This document shows, piece by piece, positions 25,006 through 26,275 of a stretch of DNA of 26,275 nt. Positions within the stretch are counted from its first letter, which is position 1. Each line of letters opens with the position of its first letter. The notes under the pieces are model-generated. The model did not search any database, was not told where the DNA came from, and saw nothing but the letters and a program-made list of their open reading frames with translations. This stretch comes from Thermincola sp. (lineage in GTDB: Bacteria > Bacillota > Thermincolia > Thermincolales > UBA2595). Location of the stretch: contig JAVSMW010000006.1 of NCBI GenBank assembly GCA_032027005.1, forward strand, positions 111,268-137,542, written 5' to 3'. A program made the position numbers and the translations under genes.

Positions 25006-26196
25006 ATGAACCAAGGTGAGGAATATTTCCGCAAACTTATACAGTTATCAGCTGAAGAACAGCTGAGTGCAAGTGAGGAGCGGTTCCGGAGTTTGGTAGA
25101 GGCATCTCCCCTTGGGATTATGGTTTTTGACACCGAGGGTGTAATTACAACCATTAATTCCAGTATGCTGAAGATATTGGGTTCGCCTTGTCCGGGAGAA
25201 GCTGCTGATATTACCCTGCCTTCGGGTCAACCGTTATTGGATCCAGTTATTTCAGACAGAATTTTAAAGTGCATAGAATCCGGAGAATCTGAGGTATATG
25301 AACACTCTTGTACCTTAGAAGAGAATTCAGTCTGGTTACAGTTTTACATCAGCCCTCTGAACAATGGCCATGGAAGGGTAACAGGCGCTCTGGCCCTGGT
25401 GGAGGAGATTTCTGACAGGAAGAATATGGAAAATGAACTTATTGAAAAAGACCGGAGAATCCAAAAGGAACTTCAATTGGCCAATGCCATTCAATCGAGT
25501 TTATTTCCTATCAATTTACCCCAGGTTCCCGGCGTTACCGTTGCTGCCACGGCAGTATCAGCCAATGAAGTGGGTGGGGACTATTGTGACCTGTTTGTCA
25601 CCAAATATAATAAACTAGGCATTGCTATAGGGGATGTGATGGGGAAGGGTGTTCCGGCTGCCCTTTTTGTGGCTTTGACTTACGCCTTCGTTAGAAACTA
25701 CGCCTTGGAGTTGGATGAGCCCAGCACTTTGGTGAACCGGGTAAACAGGGGACTTTACGCACAGCTTGAGCTGACCCAGCAGTTTATTACCTTTTTCTAT
25801 GGTATTTATGACCCCGAGTCCCGAAATATAGTTTATACCAATGCCGGTCACAACCCGCCATTAGTATATCGGGCGGCCACCGGAGAATGTGAAGGCCTGC
25901 CTGTTCGTGATTTTATAATGGGTGGGATGCTGAATGCCCAGTACCGGGAAGGCTTATTTTCCCTGTTTCCAGGAGATGTGGCGCTTTTTTACACTGATGG
26001 TTTGAAAGAAGGCCGAAATCGGGCTAAGGAACAGTTTGGTATGGATCGGATTATCAACTGTCTCAAAGAAAACCATATTCATGATCCTGCCAGCATTCAG
26101 GAAATCCTCTCTTATGAGTTTGCAGAATTTCTTGATGGAGAACCGCCCTATGATGATGTAACAATGGTTGTTATTAAACTTGAAATCGGAAAGTAA
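25006..26196 (+). CDS. PAS domain plus PP2C/SpoIIE (RsbU-like) serine phosphatase, 3' end overlapped by an IS end
   Basis: PAS: ASEERFRSLVEASPLGIMVFDTEGVITTINSSML; phosphatase: IQSSLFPINLPQVPGVTVAATAVSANEVGGDYCDLF, KLGIAIGDVMGKGVPAALFVAL, PPYDDVTMVVI. Confidence 0.9.
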   Translation: MNQGEEYFRKLIQLSAEEQLSASEERFRSLVEASPLGIMVFDTEGVITTINSSMLKILGSPCPGEAADITLPSGQPLLDPVISDRILKCIESGESEVYEHSCTLEENSVWLQFYISPLNNGHGRVTGALALVEEISDRKNMENELIEKDRRIQKELQLANAIQSSLFPINLPQVPGVTVAATAVSANEVGGDYCDLFVTKYNKLGIAIGDVMGKGVPAALFVALTYAFVRNYALELDEPSTLVNRVNRGLYAQLELTQQFITFFYGIYDPESRNIVYTNAGHNPPLVYRAATGECEGLPVRDFIMGGMLNAQYREGLFSLFPGDVALFYTDGLKEGRNRAKEQFGMDRIINCLKENHIHDPASIQEILSYEFAEFLDGEPPYDDVTMVVIKLEIGK

Positions 26197-26275
26197 ACTA
26201 TAGAAATACTGTGTTATCAAGGCTTTAGAACTATTTTTTAGTGCAAAAAATTTGACAAAAAAAGAGGAAACACCA
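26179..26275 (+). mobile_element. Left end of a second related IS1380-like element, running off the window
   Basis: CTTGAAATCGGAAAGTAAACTATAGAAAT...TTATCAAGGCTTTA...TTTTTTAGTG...TTGACAAAAAA.GAG..AACACCA matches 22012-22109. Confidence 0.85.

Noticed and set aside
1-26275. tRNA, rRNA, riboswitch (FMN-type) or phage genes
   Set aside because: I saw no cloverleaf, rRNA or convincing FMN riboswitch core, and no phage structural genes; a covariance-model scan would be needed to exclude weak RNA elements.

Overview
This window looks like a Firmicutes (Peptococcaceae-like, inferred) anaerobic aromatic carboxylation locus. It contains six UbiD-family (de)carboxylase genes, the first one truncated by the window edge. 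It also has five Mrp/NBP35-type deviant-Walker-A ATPases with an unusual N-terminal Cys motif (CX3CX2CX5C, and CX10CX2CX5C in one), an FmdB-type zinc ribbon, and a CTP-dependent riboflavin kinase-like (RibK/DUF120) protein. Further genes are a HAD protein with no ordinary start codon upstream of motif I, several small proteins of unknown function, a benzoate-CoA-ligase-family enzyme and the prFMN synthase UbiX. The tail small-ORF / UbiD / aryl-CoA ligase / UbiX (16407-20681) resembles the published putative anaerobic benzene carboxylase arrangement (abcD-abcA-bzlA-ubiX); that assignment is inference. Less expected features are: (i) a repeated UbiD-A / UbiD-B / Mrp module in which the B-type paralog at 8211-9707 has lost most of the expected UbiD metal and acid residues; (ii) five Mrp-like ATPases travelling with the carboxylases; (iii) a dedicated FMN/prFMN supply set (RibK-like plus UbiX, possibly a HAD); (iv) a diverged ~150 bp promoter duplication around a Cys/Gly-rich small peptide and a deleted copy of it; (v) recurring GTTCGTATAC(R)AAC palindromes upstream of the carboxylase operons; (vi) a degenerate HAD domain fused to a MarR domain; (vii) an IS1380-like element with matching terminal inverted repeats and an ATAAT target duplication, whose left end recurs at the window's right edge and supplies the stop codon of a PAS-PP2C gene.
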